Below are positions 43,187-53,860 of a stretch of 64,000 nucleotides of DNA, one piece after another. This stretch comes from an uncultured Rivularia sp. (GTDB lineage: Bacteria > Cyanobacteriota > Cyanobacteriia > Cyanobacteriales > Nostocaceae), in contig OY762007.1 in NCBI GenBank assembly GCA_963665115.1, positions 1,760,001-1,824,000 of the forward strand, read 5' to 3'. Position numbers and translations under genes: made by a program. Every line of letters starts with the position of its first letter. Within the stretch, counting starts at the first letter, position 1. The notes under the pieces are model-generated. The model was not told where the DNA came from. It was given only the letters and a program-made list of their open reading frames with translations, and did no database searches.

Positions 43187-44744
43187 ATGAGTTCAATTCG
43201 CATTGAAGCGGAAAATTACAAGGATGGTATCGACAGCACTGTTGGTAATAATGGTGGAGAATATCGCTTTGAGGATGTTGATATTCAATCTAGCAAGGAT
43301 ATTGATGGTGGTTATTCGCTGGGTTGGATCGATTCGGGTGAATGGTTAACCTACGATTTTACCGTTCCGACATCGGGAGAATATCGTTTAGTGTCCCGTA
43401 TGGCTTCGGCACGAGATGGAAATCACAGTTTTCAAGCAACTCTTGAGGGACAACAAACAAATTTTGATGTCGGTAATACTGGTGGTTGGTGGAATTGGCA
43501 AAATATTGAGTCTGCTCAAACTTTCTCTTTGAATGCAGGTAATTATGAAATGCGTCTCGATATGTTGGGAAGTGTTTTTAATATCAATTATTTAGAGTTA
43601 GTTCCCATCTCTCTAATAAATAATAGTAACAGTAATTTAATTTATGGAGGTACGGGAAATAATTCTTTCTATGGCGATCGCGGAATAGATACTATTACTT
43701 ATAGTGCAGCCAATTCTAGTATTGTTGCAGATTTAAATGCTGGTAAAGTAACTCACAATTCGACAAACTTTTCTATGCAACCCCTTAAAATAATGCCTTT
43801 GGGTGATTCCAATACAAAAGGTTGGGGAAGTTGGGATTTAGGTGCTTATCGGGATGATTTATGGCAATTGTTTGAGAACAATTTTGAGAATAATAAAGTA
43901 GATTTTGTTGGGGCCTCACGCAACGGGGCCACAAGGTTTCGATCGCGATAATGCCGGATTTAGCGGATGGAGAATTCGTGATATCGACAGTGCTGTTGAT
44001 GGTTGGTTGAATGATGCTCAACCGGATATGGTGCTGTTAGAAATCGGCACTAACGACATACTTCGAGATGACAATATCAGTCAAGCACCCAGTCGTCTCA
44101 ACAAACTGATCGACAATATTACCAATCAGTTACCAAATACCCAGCTTTTAGTCAGTTCAATTCCTCCAATTAGTCGCACAGAAGAACAACGAAAAGAGGC
44201 TATAGAATTTAATTCGCATATACCAGGTATCGTTGATAGTAAAGCAGCACTTGGTAAAAATGTTAGTTTTGTCGATATTTTCAGCGCGTTAACACCCGAT
44301 GATTTACAAGATGGAATTCATGCGACTGTAGAAGGTTACAGCAAGATTGCCGACGTTTGGTATGATGCGATTCTCGATCAAAATAAACCTCAAGATAGCT
44401 TAAGCGACATCGAGAATATCATCGGATCAAACTATGATGATGTAATTATAGGCAACAGTGGTGTTAATACTATTCAGGGTGGTGCTGGTAACGATACATT
44501 AACCGGCGGTGGTAGTAGTGACACATTTGTTTTAACCTTGGGAGAAGGAATTGATACTATTACCGATTTTATAATTGGTGAAGATTCTATAGCTTTATCT
44601 ACAGGTTTAAACATTCAAGATATTACTGCTATTCAAGGTTCCAGTAGCGGTTATAACGACACCACGATTATCCATAAAGATGAAACCTTAGCGATATTAA
44701 CCGGAATAGAAGCAAGCAGTCTTTCTGCTAATGATTTTATATAA
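43187..44744 (+). CDS. Secreted CBM6-like + SGNH/GDSL esterase + RTX Ca-binding protein (frameshift ~43910, G-run)
   Basis: RIEAENY...GWIDSGEWLTY, TGGWWNW; PLGDSNT, IGTND, DGIH; GGAGNDTLTGG; D.ITDF C-terminus. Confidence 0.8.
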
Positions 44745-44846
44745 AGGGGATTGGGCATTGGGGATTGGGCATTGGGCATTGGGCATTGGGGAAAATTTAA
44801 CCCTTAACCTCTAACCTTTGACCTCTAACCTTTAACCTCTAACCTA

Positions 44847-45665
44847 TCACAATTGCAATTCTGCTAACCCCAAATACTTAACCCCTTCGGGTGTGGTTTC
44901 AAAGCGACAGGGTAATACTTCTAATCCCATAGATACAGCTTCCCGCAATAATTTACCATATAAGGGGTCGGCAATATCTCCGGGTGCAAAGTGAGTACAA
45001 TCGCTACGGTTAATAAAATACAGCATTACTCCACGAGTTTGGGGCAAAAGAGCCATTAATTCTCGTATATGCTTTTGTCCCCTCGTGGTTTCTGTGTCGG
45101 GAAATAATGCTAATCTTTTATCCGTCCAAGTTGTATTTTTCACTTCTAAATATATTGAACGGTTATCATCTTTTGGTAAAGTTTTATTCTCTATCCCTAC
45201 AGAATTACTATCTATTGCATTATCTAAAAGTGAAAGTTGATTTGCTAAATGAGTTGCTTTTTCGGAGACAGGTAAATAGAAATCTACTCGGCTTTTTCTA
45301 TCTTGTCCGTAAACAACTTCGCTTTTCACTTCATCGTACTTTCCTAATTCTGGAAAAATATGTTTTTGTAGCGCTATTTTAATAATTTTATTTGGTAAAC
45401 CTGTATTTACACCTACCCAAGTTGGTTCGTTATCGTGCAATTGAATCATTTCCCAAGTGTAAGCTAATTTACGTTTGGGATTGTCTGATTTCGATAGTTG
45501 TACTGGATTTCCGGGAATATATACTCCCTTCATCGGGCCAGTATTTGGACAGTGTGCTGTAACAATTTCCCCAGAAGCAAGTTCTACATCTGCGAAAAAT
45601 CGCTTGTAGCGTTTAACTAAAGTTCCTGGATATAAAGTTGGATAACGGTAAAGGAAGTCAGTCAT
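44847..45665 (-). CDS. sfsA: SfsA nuclease-fold protein
   Basis: KRYKRFFAD, AHCPNTGPM, SRVDF, EVKN, FPDTETTRGQKH. Confidence 0.93.
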   Translation of the reverse strand: MTDFLYRYPTLYPGTLVKRYKRFFADVELASGEIVTAHCPNTGPMKGVYIPGNPVQLSKSDNPKRKLAYTWEMIQLHDNEPTWVGVNTGLPNKIIKIALQKHIFPELGKYDEVKSEVVYGQDRKSRVDFYLPVSEKATHLANQLSLLDNAIDSNSVGIENKTLPKDDNRSIYLEVKNTTWTDKRLALFPDTETTRGQKHIRELMALLPQTRGVMLYFINRSDCTHFAPGDIADPLYGKLLREAVSMGLEVLPCRFETTPEGVKYLGLAELQL

Positions 45666-45866
45666 TTTGGATTTTGGATTAAAAATATTTAATTAAAGTT
45701 AGGAGTTAGGAGTTATGGAATTTTGGATTAGAAACGTTTAATTAAGAGTTAGGAATTATGAATTTAAAACTCAATGCCTAATGCCCAATGCCCCATCCCC
45801 AATTCCCCATCCCCAATTCACAATTCGTCGGTTAGGATATGTATCTATAATTAATTGAGTTAACCG

Positions 45867-47147
45867 TTGAGTGTGATGGAACAAGAATCGTTTGATAAGG
45901 GATTGGAAAAGGCGAAGCAAAAAGACTATGCTGGCGCTGTTGAGGAATTTACCAAAGCGCTGCAAGTTAATTCTGAGTTTGTTGAAGCTTATTATCAACG
46001 AGGTTTAGCATACTACGATTTGGGACATATTCCCCAAGCGGTTTTTGATTATGATGAGGTTTTGAAGCGCGATTCTTATAATGTTGATGTATATTATTGT
46101 CGTGCTTTAGCCCGGTTAGCGTTGAAAAATTTACCCGGTGCTTTAAAGGATGTTGATAAAACTATTGAGCTTAATTCTTATAAAGCTGGCGCTTACAATT
46201 TACGGGGTGTTGTAGAGCGTAAGTTGGGAAATATTGAAAGTGCGATCGCCAATTTTAAAAAGGCAGCACAATTGTATTTGGAGCAGAAGGATGCTGATAA
46301 TGCAAAGTCGTGTATGGAGAAGGTGAAGCAGCTACAACCGCGCAAGCAAGAGGTTTTTGTAGAAAAATCAGTTTCTCAAACTGCGAGATTAATAACGGAG
46401 AAAGATTATTTTACCGCTTTGTTAGAAAAGGCGGAAAAGGGAGACACCCGCGAAGCGATGGAAGATTTGAATTGGGTGTTAAGAGCAGATTCTCAAGATG
46501 GGAAAGCTTATTGCTGTCGCGGGGTTGTATATTGCAAGCAGGGAAAATATCGAGAAGCGATTGCAGATTTTAATGCAGCACTACAGTTGAATTTTGAAGA
46601 TGCTGCGGTTTATCGCAATCGTGGTAAAGCACGTTTGCAGATGGGCGATAATCAAGGTGCTATTACTGATTTTAATCAAGCTTTAAAAAAACAGCCTGAA
46701 GATGATTTGATATATGTTGCTAGAGGTAATGCTTATCAAGCCATAGGTCATTATTTAGGTGCAATTGAAGATTATAATCAAGCTTTAGAATTTAATTCGA
46801 CTAGTGCGACAGCTTTCTACAATCGCGGTTTATGTAATATTCGCATGGAAGAAATTCCTCAAGCAATTACCGATCTTCAGAATGCAGCGAGTATTTATTG
46901 TGAAAAAGAAGATTGGGATAATTATCAGCAAGTTTTAGAAAGTTTGAAAAAAATTAATGCTCCCGCTCCTGAAACTCCAAAAAATGACTATGAACAGTTA
47001 CGCTATCGGTTGCTAAGATTAGTTGGTGGGCAATGGGAAATTGCTCAAAGATTAATTGAACAAGCAAAGTTTTATTATCCCGGAATGTCGGAAGAATGGT
47101 ATATCGAAACTGTTATTCATGATATCGAAAAGGATATGGGAAGATGA
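45867..47147 (+). CDS. TPR protein
   Basis: Multiple AY.NRG...A..DF..AL repeats. Confidence 0.9.
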   Translation: MSVMEQESFDKGLEKAKQKDYAGAVEEFTKALQVNSEFVEAYYQRGLAYYDLGHIPQAVFDYDEVLKRDSYNVDVYYCRALARLALKNLPGALKDVDKTIELNSYKAGAYNLRGVVERKLGNIESAIANFKKAAQLYLEQKDADNAKSCMEKVKQLQPRKQEVFVEKSVSQTARLITEKDYFTALLEKAEKGDTREAMEDLNWVLRADSQDGKAYCCRGVVYCKQGKYREAIADFNAALQLNFEDAAVYRNRGKARLQMGDNQGAITDFNQALKKQPEDDLIYVARGNAYQAIGHYLGAIEDYNQALEFNSTSATAFYNRGLCNIRMEEIPQAITDLQNAASIYCEKEDWDNYQQVLESLKKINAPAPETPKNDYEQLRYRLLRLVGGQWEIAQRLIEQAKFYYPGMSEEWYIETVIHDIEKDMGR

Positions 47148-47212
47148 TTGGGTATTAGGTAATTGGGCATGGTAAATAGTTAGTAGTTAGTTGGTAGGTT
47201 AGCTTGTAGCTG

Positions 47213-47249
47213 GTAGGTTGGGTTGGAGACGAAAACAAATTTAGGTTGT
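47213..47249 (+). repeat. GTAG-type REP-like sequence, copy 1
   Basis: GTAGGTTGGGTTGGAGACGAAAACAAATTTAGGTTGT, identical to 49151-49187. Confidence 0.85.
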
Positions 47250-47427
47250 AATTAAAATTTTTATTTATCGTGTCGTAACCCAACTTTTCGCTAACTATTA
47301 AATAATTCAACTGAATCTTGTATTCGACTCATTGCTTAATATTAATTAGCCTCATATTAGCTGGACACTTTTTTTTTAAACGAGTAGCATAGTCTTAGGG
47401 TGATTATTATATAAAGCCGGATAAAAA

Positions 47428-49140
47428 ATGGATAGTATCGTACTACAGAAAATACATTTTGATAGCCTCAGAGTTAAGTACAAAGTAGGTAGCAATAGAA
47501 CTTTTGCGTCGAATAGTTTTCTTTATTTAATATTGCGAAAATCTGACTTAGGTATGCAAGTGACAGATGTAGAGCTTCAATGGTTAACAGAAAATCACTT
47601 GTCTAATTGTATTGAGTTCATTTCTTTACAGCAATATAAAGCAGAAGAAGAAAAAAGACTAGAAGCAGAGTTAATGCAATTGCGATCTAAATACCTTATT
47701 CCAGATAATATAGAGCTTTCTACCGCAAGTTCTATCTATTCAGTGCTTTGGAAACTAGAAACAGGAAATACACTTGCAAATTCAGACTTTGAACTGCTTA
47801 ATGCTCATAATCTTGTAGAAACAGTTGCTCTAATTCAAGATATTGCGAGTTTTTCAAAGCTAAAAACTAAATTCAAAGCTACTCATAATTTGAGTTTACT
47901 TCCAGAAAAACCTCTTTTTCTAATTTTGAAGAAACTAGATGCGAAACAGGAATTATCGAATTCTGAATCTGAATGGCTTTTAGACTCAGGCTTTGAAGAA
48001 ACGTTAGGAATTTATTGGCAGCAGGAAGATATAAGAAAAGCTGAACTTGAATTTTTAGAACTAAAATCTAAATATCAGGTCACCTCTTATCCTGATACTT
48101 CTATTTCTAGCCGACTTTATTCTATATTAAAAAAACTTGAGTTAGGAGAAACTTTAGATATTAAAGATGGCGAATGGTTAAAAAACAAAAAATTCAACTC
48201 TATTATCAAACTAGATCAAGAGCAAAAATTAAGTAGATTATTTTTTCAATTAAAAGAACATTATCGGGCTTCTCAACATTCTGAGATAAAACCTTTTGGT
48301 CAGTTATTTAAAGTGCTGATAAAAATGGCTTATGATGATACGGGAGTTTCAAAGCTAATTGGAATTATTCAAACACTGCCAGAACATTTCAAATCCGAAC
48401 TGCGTGAAAAAGATATTAATTGGTTAACACAAGAAGGACTTTGTGAAACTGCGGAAATTGCTCGTAAAATTCATTTTCAATCTTTAAGGCGCAAATATCA
48501 AATTATAGATCCTAATTTGGCAATAGATCCATTTTACGAAATTATGCTTAAACTTGAGCGTCAGGAGCGCTTAGATCCAAAACAGGTAGTTCAATTAATT
48601 GAAGAGCGTCGTCTTTCCCGACATGGAAAAATAGCGATCGCCTACTATAGATTAGAGGCAATTTTTTATGAAAAAGAGCACAAAAGAACTGGAAACAAGT
48701 GGAATTTACCTAGTGCAAGCAGTAACTGGCGTAAAGCTGATGAATCAGAAAAAGCGTTAGAAGTTACAAAACAAGTTAATTTGAGTAAGGTACGAGAAGC
48801 CGATCTTAAATCTGCCTTGTTGGTAACAAGAGGTGCGGCTTTTCGCGATTTAAATCGATTGGATGAAGCAGAAAGTTGTGCTGCACAAGCAATGGAATCG
48901 CAACCCGACAATCACCAGCCTTATACATTGATGGGAGCAATTTGTTACGATAAAGGTAAATTTGCTGATGGTGATGTCTGGTTTGAAATGGCAGCAGAGC
49001 GGGGTGCTAACGATACAGACGATGAAATTGAAAAAATTGTCCGAATGACAAAAGACAAGAATAAACGTAAAGAAGTCGTAGAATATCTTCTTAACAAAGA
49101 TCCAAAGCGTTATGGATGGGCAAAATCCTATTTAAAGTAG
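47428..49140 (+). CDS. Helical-repeat protein with C-terminal TPR
   Basis: About six F..LK.KY...LY.IL.KL...L...E..WL modules, then TPR (TRGAAFRDL...A..CA..A). Confidence 0.8.
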   Translation: MDSIVLQKIHFDSLRVKYKVGSNRTFASNSFLYLILRKSDLGMQVTDVELQWLTENHLSNCIEFISLQQYKAEEEKRLEAELMQLRSKYLIPDNIELSTASSIYSVLWKLETGNTLANSDFELLNAHNLVETVALIQDIASFSKLKTKFKATHNLSLLPEKPLFLILKKLDAKQELSNSESEWLLDSGFEETLGIYWQQEDIRKAELEFLELKSKYQVTSYPDTSISSRLYSILKKLELGETLDIKDGEWLKNKKFNSIIKLDQEQKLSRLFFQLKEHYRASQHSEIKPFGQLFKVLIKMAYDDTGVSKLIGIIQTLPEHFKSELREKDINWLTQEGLCETAEIARKIHFQSLRRKYQIIDPNLAIDPFYEIMLKLERQERLDPKQVVQLIEERRLSRHGKIAIAYYRLEAIFYEKEHKRTGNKWNLPSASSNWRKADESEKALEVTKQVNLSKVREADLKSALLVTRGAAFRDLNRLDEAESCAAQAMESQPDNHQPYTLMGAICYDKGKFADGDVWFEMAAERGANDTDDEIEKIVRMTKDKNKRKEVVEYLLNKDPKRYGWAKSYLK

Positions 49141-49150
49141 TTGGTAGCTT

Positions 49151-49334
49151 GTAGGTTGGGTTGGAGACGAAAACAAATTTAGGTTGTTAATGGAAATGTT
49201 TATTAATCGTTTGTTGTGAAATTAAGGCGGGCAAGGATGCCCACTCCACAAGAATGTATTTGAGTCAAATAAAATTCGCTATATAGATTATTTGTTTATA
49301 AAGTATATGTTTGGTGAAACCTAACCCAACCTAC
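49151..49334 (+). repeat. GTAG-type REP-like element, copy 2, with closing inverted arm and nested palindrome
   Basis: GTAGGTTGGGTT ... AACCCAACCTAC; internal GCGGGCAAGGATGCCCACT resembles the palindrome at ~18623. Confidence 0.75.
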
Positions 49335-49379
49335 AAACTGTTTCTAATCCCCAATCCCCAATCCCCCATTCCCAATGCC

Positions 49380-50039
49380 CTATGCCCCATTCCCAATCAA
49401 AGAAACAATTTCCTGTAAATCATTAATAAAATAATCGGCTTCTTGCTTAACTTTTTCTCTCACTGCATATCTACCAAACCCGATAAACAGATCGATAACG
49501 GGTTTGCTTTCCAAATCGCTAACACCATCACCAACAGCGACAATTTTGCTTGGAGAATATTTATCTTTTAAACTTTTAACAACTTCGGGTTTACCACCGT
49601 TACGTGTTGAGGGATAATTACGGTCAAAGTCGCGATAGCTGCCATCTTCGTTAAAATAAAGGTCAACTGCTTCGATTAATTCTACATCAAGATAATCGGC
49701 TAAAGGTTTGATTGCTTGACGATAACCACCGCTTAAAATAACTGGTGTCCATCCTTTGTTTTTTAAAGTTGTAATTACTTGCTTTGCGGAAGGTTCAACT
49801 GTATCGATATATAACTGACCAACTTTTGAGACATTGGAAGCAGATGGTTGAATAATTTCTAAACGTCGTGCAAAGATACTTTCTAAAGTAATTTTACCTT
49901 CCATCGCTTGCTCTGTCATCTTTTCAATTTCTTGAGTTGCTTCCTCACCAGCAACACGGGCTAACTCATCAACTCCTTCAATGCTGCTCAAAGTACTGTC
50001 GCAATCAAAAATAATAATCTTATCGTGTTGCTTTGTCAT
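49380..50039 (-). CDS. serB: HAD-IB phosphatase, phosphoserine phosphatase-like
   Basis: FDCDSTL, EGVDELA, AMEG, LSGG, GK, VGDGVSD. Confidence 0.8.
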   Translation of the reverse strand: MTKQHDKIIIFDCDSTLSSIEGVDELARVAGEEATQEIEKMTEQAMEGKITLESIFARRLEIIQPSASNVSKVGQLYIDTVEPSAKQVITTLKNKGWTPVILSGGYRQAIKPLADYLDVELIEAVDLYFNEDGSYRDFDRNYPSTRNGGKPEVVKSLKDKYSPSKIVAVGDGVSDLESKPVIDLFIGFGRYAVREKVKQEADYFINDLQEIVSLIGNGA

Positions 50040-50250
50040 ATTTTTTATTATCGATTGGCTGAAACTGCAAAACCCATAACCACCAGCATCTTATCAATAT
50101 TTGGTTGTTAGTAGTTAGTGGTTAGTTGTTAGTTGTTAGTAGATATTATCAATATGACATTGTTCATTTTCAATGCCCAATCCCCAATGCCCAATCCCCA
50201 ATTCCCAATTACCCATTGATAATTGTTAATTGATAATTGATAATTGATAA

Positions 50251-52200
50251 ATGCGATTTTTATCTTTATTTTTTGCTACTCTGCTTGCAGTAATCTTACT
50301 ACCTATGCCGATGGTTGCTGCTGTTACTCCTATTATTCCTGGAGACAATCTTGTTGTTGAGGGAATTCCCCCGATTCCTGGGGATTTAGCTCAAAAAGTC
50401 GAACGCTATACTCAATTCCGCTCTGCTGGTATTTCTAGCTGGCATCCCACAAAGCGCGAAATGCTGATTTCAACTCGCTTTGCAGATACTCGACAAACAC
50501 ATTACGTTAAATCTCCTCTTGCTACTCGTCAACAATTAACTTTCTTCCCCGAACCCGTGCGCGGTGCGAGTTTTCAACCTACGGAAGGTAATTATTTTGT
50601 CTTCAGTAAAGATGCTGGCGGTAATGAATTTAACCAGAATTATCGCTATGACTTAGATACTGGAGAAGTTACTTTATTAACCGATGGTGAGTCAAAAAAC
50701 AGTCGTGGAGTGTGGTCTAATAGTGGCGATCGCCTAATCTACACTTCTACTCGTCGCACTGGTAATGATGCTGATTTTTACACTATTAATCCGCAAAATC
50801 CCGCAAGTAATAAACTGTTAACCCAAAATGAAGGTGGTGGCTGGTACGGTTTGGATTTCTCGCCGGATGATGTTAAGTATTTAGCGTTGCAGTATGTTTC
50901 TGTAAATGAAAGTTATCTGTGGTTGGTAGATACTTTCACCGGTGAGAAGCAACAGCTACTACCTAAAAAAGGTGAGGAAAAGATTTCTTACGATGGCGCT
51001 TATTTCAGTAAGGATGGCAAAGGTTTATATGTAATCACCGATCGCGATTCCGAGTTTTCCCGGTTAGCATACGTTAGTCTTGATACTTTAGAGCATACTT
51101 ATCTCAGCAAGAAGTTTCGTTGGGATGTTACCGATTTTGACCTTTCCGATGACGGTAATTTCCTCGCTTTTGTAACTAATGAAGATGGAACCGGGGTATT
51201 GCATATTCTTAATACTGCTACCCGTCGTTTCAAACGTTTACCAAAGCTTCCTGTTGGGCAAGTATACGGAATTCGATGGCATAATAATAACCGCGATTTA
51301 GGTTTTACGCTGATTTCAGCGAAGTATACTGCCGATGCTTATTCTTTGAATATCCGCAGTAATAAAGTTGAACGCTGGACTCAAAGCGAAACTGGCGGTT
51401 TAAATACTAGCAGCTTCTCCGATGCAGAGTTAGTAAGGTGGAAGAGTTTTGACGGTAGAACAATTTCGGGCTTTTTATATCGTCCTCCCGCTAAGTTTAC
51501 CGGAAAACGTCCGGTAATAATTAACATTCACGGCGGTCCCGAGTCCCAGTTTCGTCCTTCTTTTTTAGGAAGATATAATTACTACCTGAATGAATTGGGT
51601 GTTGCGGTTATATTTCCTAACGTGCGAGGCTCAACGGGATACGGTAAAACTTTTACTAAGTTAGATAACGGGTTTCGTCGGGAAGATTCTGTTAAAGATA
51701 TTGGTGCTTTGCTTGATTGGATAACCACGCAACCGCAATTAGATGCAGATAAAATTTTAGTTACCGGGGGAAGTTATGGTGGCTATATGTCTTTGGCTGT
51801 TGCGACGAAATACAGCGATAAAATCAAAGCTGCAATTGATATTGTTGGTATTTCTAATTTTGTGACTTTCCTAGAAAATACTAAAGGTTATCGAAGAGAT
51901 TTACGAAGAGTGGAATATGGAGACGAAAGAGATCCGAAAATGAGGGAGTTTCTCCAGAAAATTTCTCCTACAAATAATGCTGAAAATATCAAAGTGCCGT
52001 TATTTGTAATTCACGGAAAAAATGACCCCAGAGTGCCGTTAATTGAAGCGGAGCAAATTGTTGAAACGGTGAGAAAGAATGATGTACCCGTGTGGTATTT
52101 AATGGCAAAAGATGAAGGGCATGGGTTTAGTAAGAAGAAGAATATTGACTTTCAATTTTATTCTACGGTGATGTTTATTAAGGAGTTTTTACTGAGTTAG
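50251..52200 (+). CDS. S9 family peptidase
   Basis: Signal peptide, beta-propeller, IHGGPE, GGSYGG, NDPRV, EGHGF. Confidence 0.93.
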   Translation: MRFLSLFFATLLAVILLPMPMVAAVTPIIPGDNLVVEGIPPIPGDLAQKVERYTQFRSAGISSWHPTKREMLISTRFADTRQTHYVKSPLATRQQLTFFPEPVRGASFQPTEGNYFVFSKDAGGNEFNQNYRYDLDTGEVTLLTDGESKNSRGVWSNSGDRLIYTSTRRTGNDADFYTINPQNPASNKLLTQNEGGGWYGLDFSPDDVKYLALQYVSVNESYLWLVDTFTGEKQQLLPKKGEEKISYDGAYFSKDGKGLYVITDRDSEFSRLAYVSLDTLEHTYLSKKFRWDVTDFDLSDDGNFLAFVTNEDGTGVLHILNTATRRFKRLPKLPVGQVYGIRWHNNNRDLGFTLISAKYTADAYSLNIRSNKVERWTQSETGGLNTSSFSDAELVRWKSFDGRTISGFLYRPPAKFTGKRPVIINIHGGPESQFRPSFLGRYNYYLNELGVAVIFPNVRGSTGYGKTFTKLDNGFRREDSVKDIGALLDWITTQPQLDADKILVTGGSYGGYMSLAVATKYSDKIKAAIDIVGISNFVTFLENTKGYRRDLRRVEYGDERDPKMREFLQKISPTNNAENIKVPLFVIHGKNDPRVPLIEAEQIVETVRKNDVPVWYLMAKDEGHGFSKKKNIDFQFYSTVMFIKEFLLS

Positions 52201-52271
52201 GGAATTGGGCATGGGGGATTGTAAGATAATTATGATGCCAATTTCCCCGTGTTTTTTATTATTGAATTAAA

Positions 52272-52740
52272 TTAAGGTGTTGAAGGTGATGACTGCTGAA
52301 CCCATCTAATATCATCTAATGCACGCTCATAACAAAAATTGTCCTTCTGTTGTTTACAAATTTCTGCTACTTTATGATAGTCTGCAAGTGCTTTCTGCTT
52401 GTTTCCAAGTCTATGGTACAGCTGCCCTCGCCGGGAGTAGGCACCAACGATGCTGGGGAAAGCATTAGGATCTCTAGGGTTAATTCTGATGACCTCAGTG
52501 AAATCTGCAATAGCTTCCTCTGTCCTTCCCGATGAATAGCGAAGAGTTCTCCGGTTATAGAAAGCAGCAGCATCATTGGGATTTTTCATAATAGCCCAAT
52601 CTTGTTCTAAAGTAATTCCCCACTTATTAGCAAAGGGACCCCATACTATAAAATCCTTCAAAATAAGGTAAAGTTGACACGCCGTCAGCTCGCTAATGAG
52701 GATAGCAGCTATCCCTAATAAAGAAAGTTTGTAAAAGGTT
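52272..52740 (-). CDS. Short TPR protein, possibly a lipoprotein (start unclear)
   Basis: TPR motifs; the frame extends upstream to TFYKLSLLGIAAILISELTAC. Confidence 0.55.
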
Positions 52741-53092
52741 CTTCTGATGTTGATTGTTTTTTTTGTATTTAATTTTTTCTAACGTTGAATGCGGCTGACC
52801 GTTACTTTATTCCGATGTAGTCTACTACAATTCTAATATTCTTTAATCCACGAATTTACAATTTAAAAAATTGGAAGCAATAAAAACCCGATTTTTTTGA
52901 AAAACTGGGTTTCTGAATTTTCGGGAGACGAAAAGACTACTGCCGACGGTTGCGACGGAGCTTTATATTTTTTTTGAACAAATTAAAAGTATTAGCGCTT
53001 CTAAAGCGATTATCAATCCCACTCTGCTTTAAAATAGCTTATAGGTTCAATTAATCAAGCTTTACTTCTGTGATTCGTGACTTTAAAACTCA

Positions 53093-53638
53093 ATGAAACT
53101 TAGGGCTAAAATAACTACTGGTTGGAATTACCAAAAATCTAAATCATGGACGGCTCGACAACTACATGAAGCTGCTTTAAGAGATGAAAACTATCTTGAA
53201 TTTCTCTCTAGTCAAATCCAGCAGCATCAAATTAGCGATATTTATCATTTAGATCAACTTTTTCGTAAAAATACTCGAGGCTTCAAACCGCTCAAGAACT
53301 TTGTTGCTACCTTAAGTGAAATTGAAAGCGATCGCGATCTTACTTGTCACATTGATGTTTTTGCCTATAGTTTTCTCAAACAAGCTAAGAATTTTGATTG
53401 GATATTACCGTTTGAGGTTAAAAACAACAAAGAGTTTATCGAAACAATCCGCAACTGGTTGGGGATTATCAGGCAACTTGAAAATTTTGAGCGTTTTGGT
53501 CACGATCTTCCACAATCATTAGCTAACAAGTATTTAGCTCTCAGACAAATTATTTCCAGGCTCTCGGTGAGGGATGAAATTAGAACTTTAGCAATTTTGC
53601 TAATTAGCGGGCCCTTCAACTTTAAAGGAAATATCTGA
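53093..53638 (+). CDS. Hypothetical protein
   Basis: 181-aa ORF, no recognised motif. Confidence 0.6.
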   Translation: MKLRAKITTGWNYQKSKSWTARQLHEAALRDENYLEFLSSQIQQHQISDIYHLDQLFRKNTRGFKPLKNFVATLSEIESDRDLTCHIDVFAYSFLKQAKNFDWILPFEVKNNKEFIETIRNWLGIIRQLENFERFGHDLPQSLANKYLALRQIISRLSVRDEIRTLAILLISGPFNFKGNI

Positions 53639-53860
53639 AGATTTAGGACTTCACTATAGTATGGGAGTTAGAAGTATTGCTGTTTTTACAAATATCGATA
53701 TTGTCAAACAATCGGGACAAATCTATTATATTGGCCCTGAATACTTGGCGATAGTAATATTTTGTATTCGCGAAACAGTTGGCTTAGATTTACTAAGTAA
53801 TTATAATTTAGAATCAGAAATAATCGACAATTAAACCGTTATCTACTAATAATCAACACT

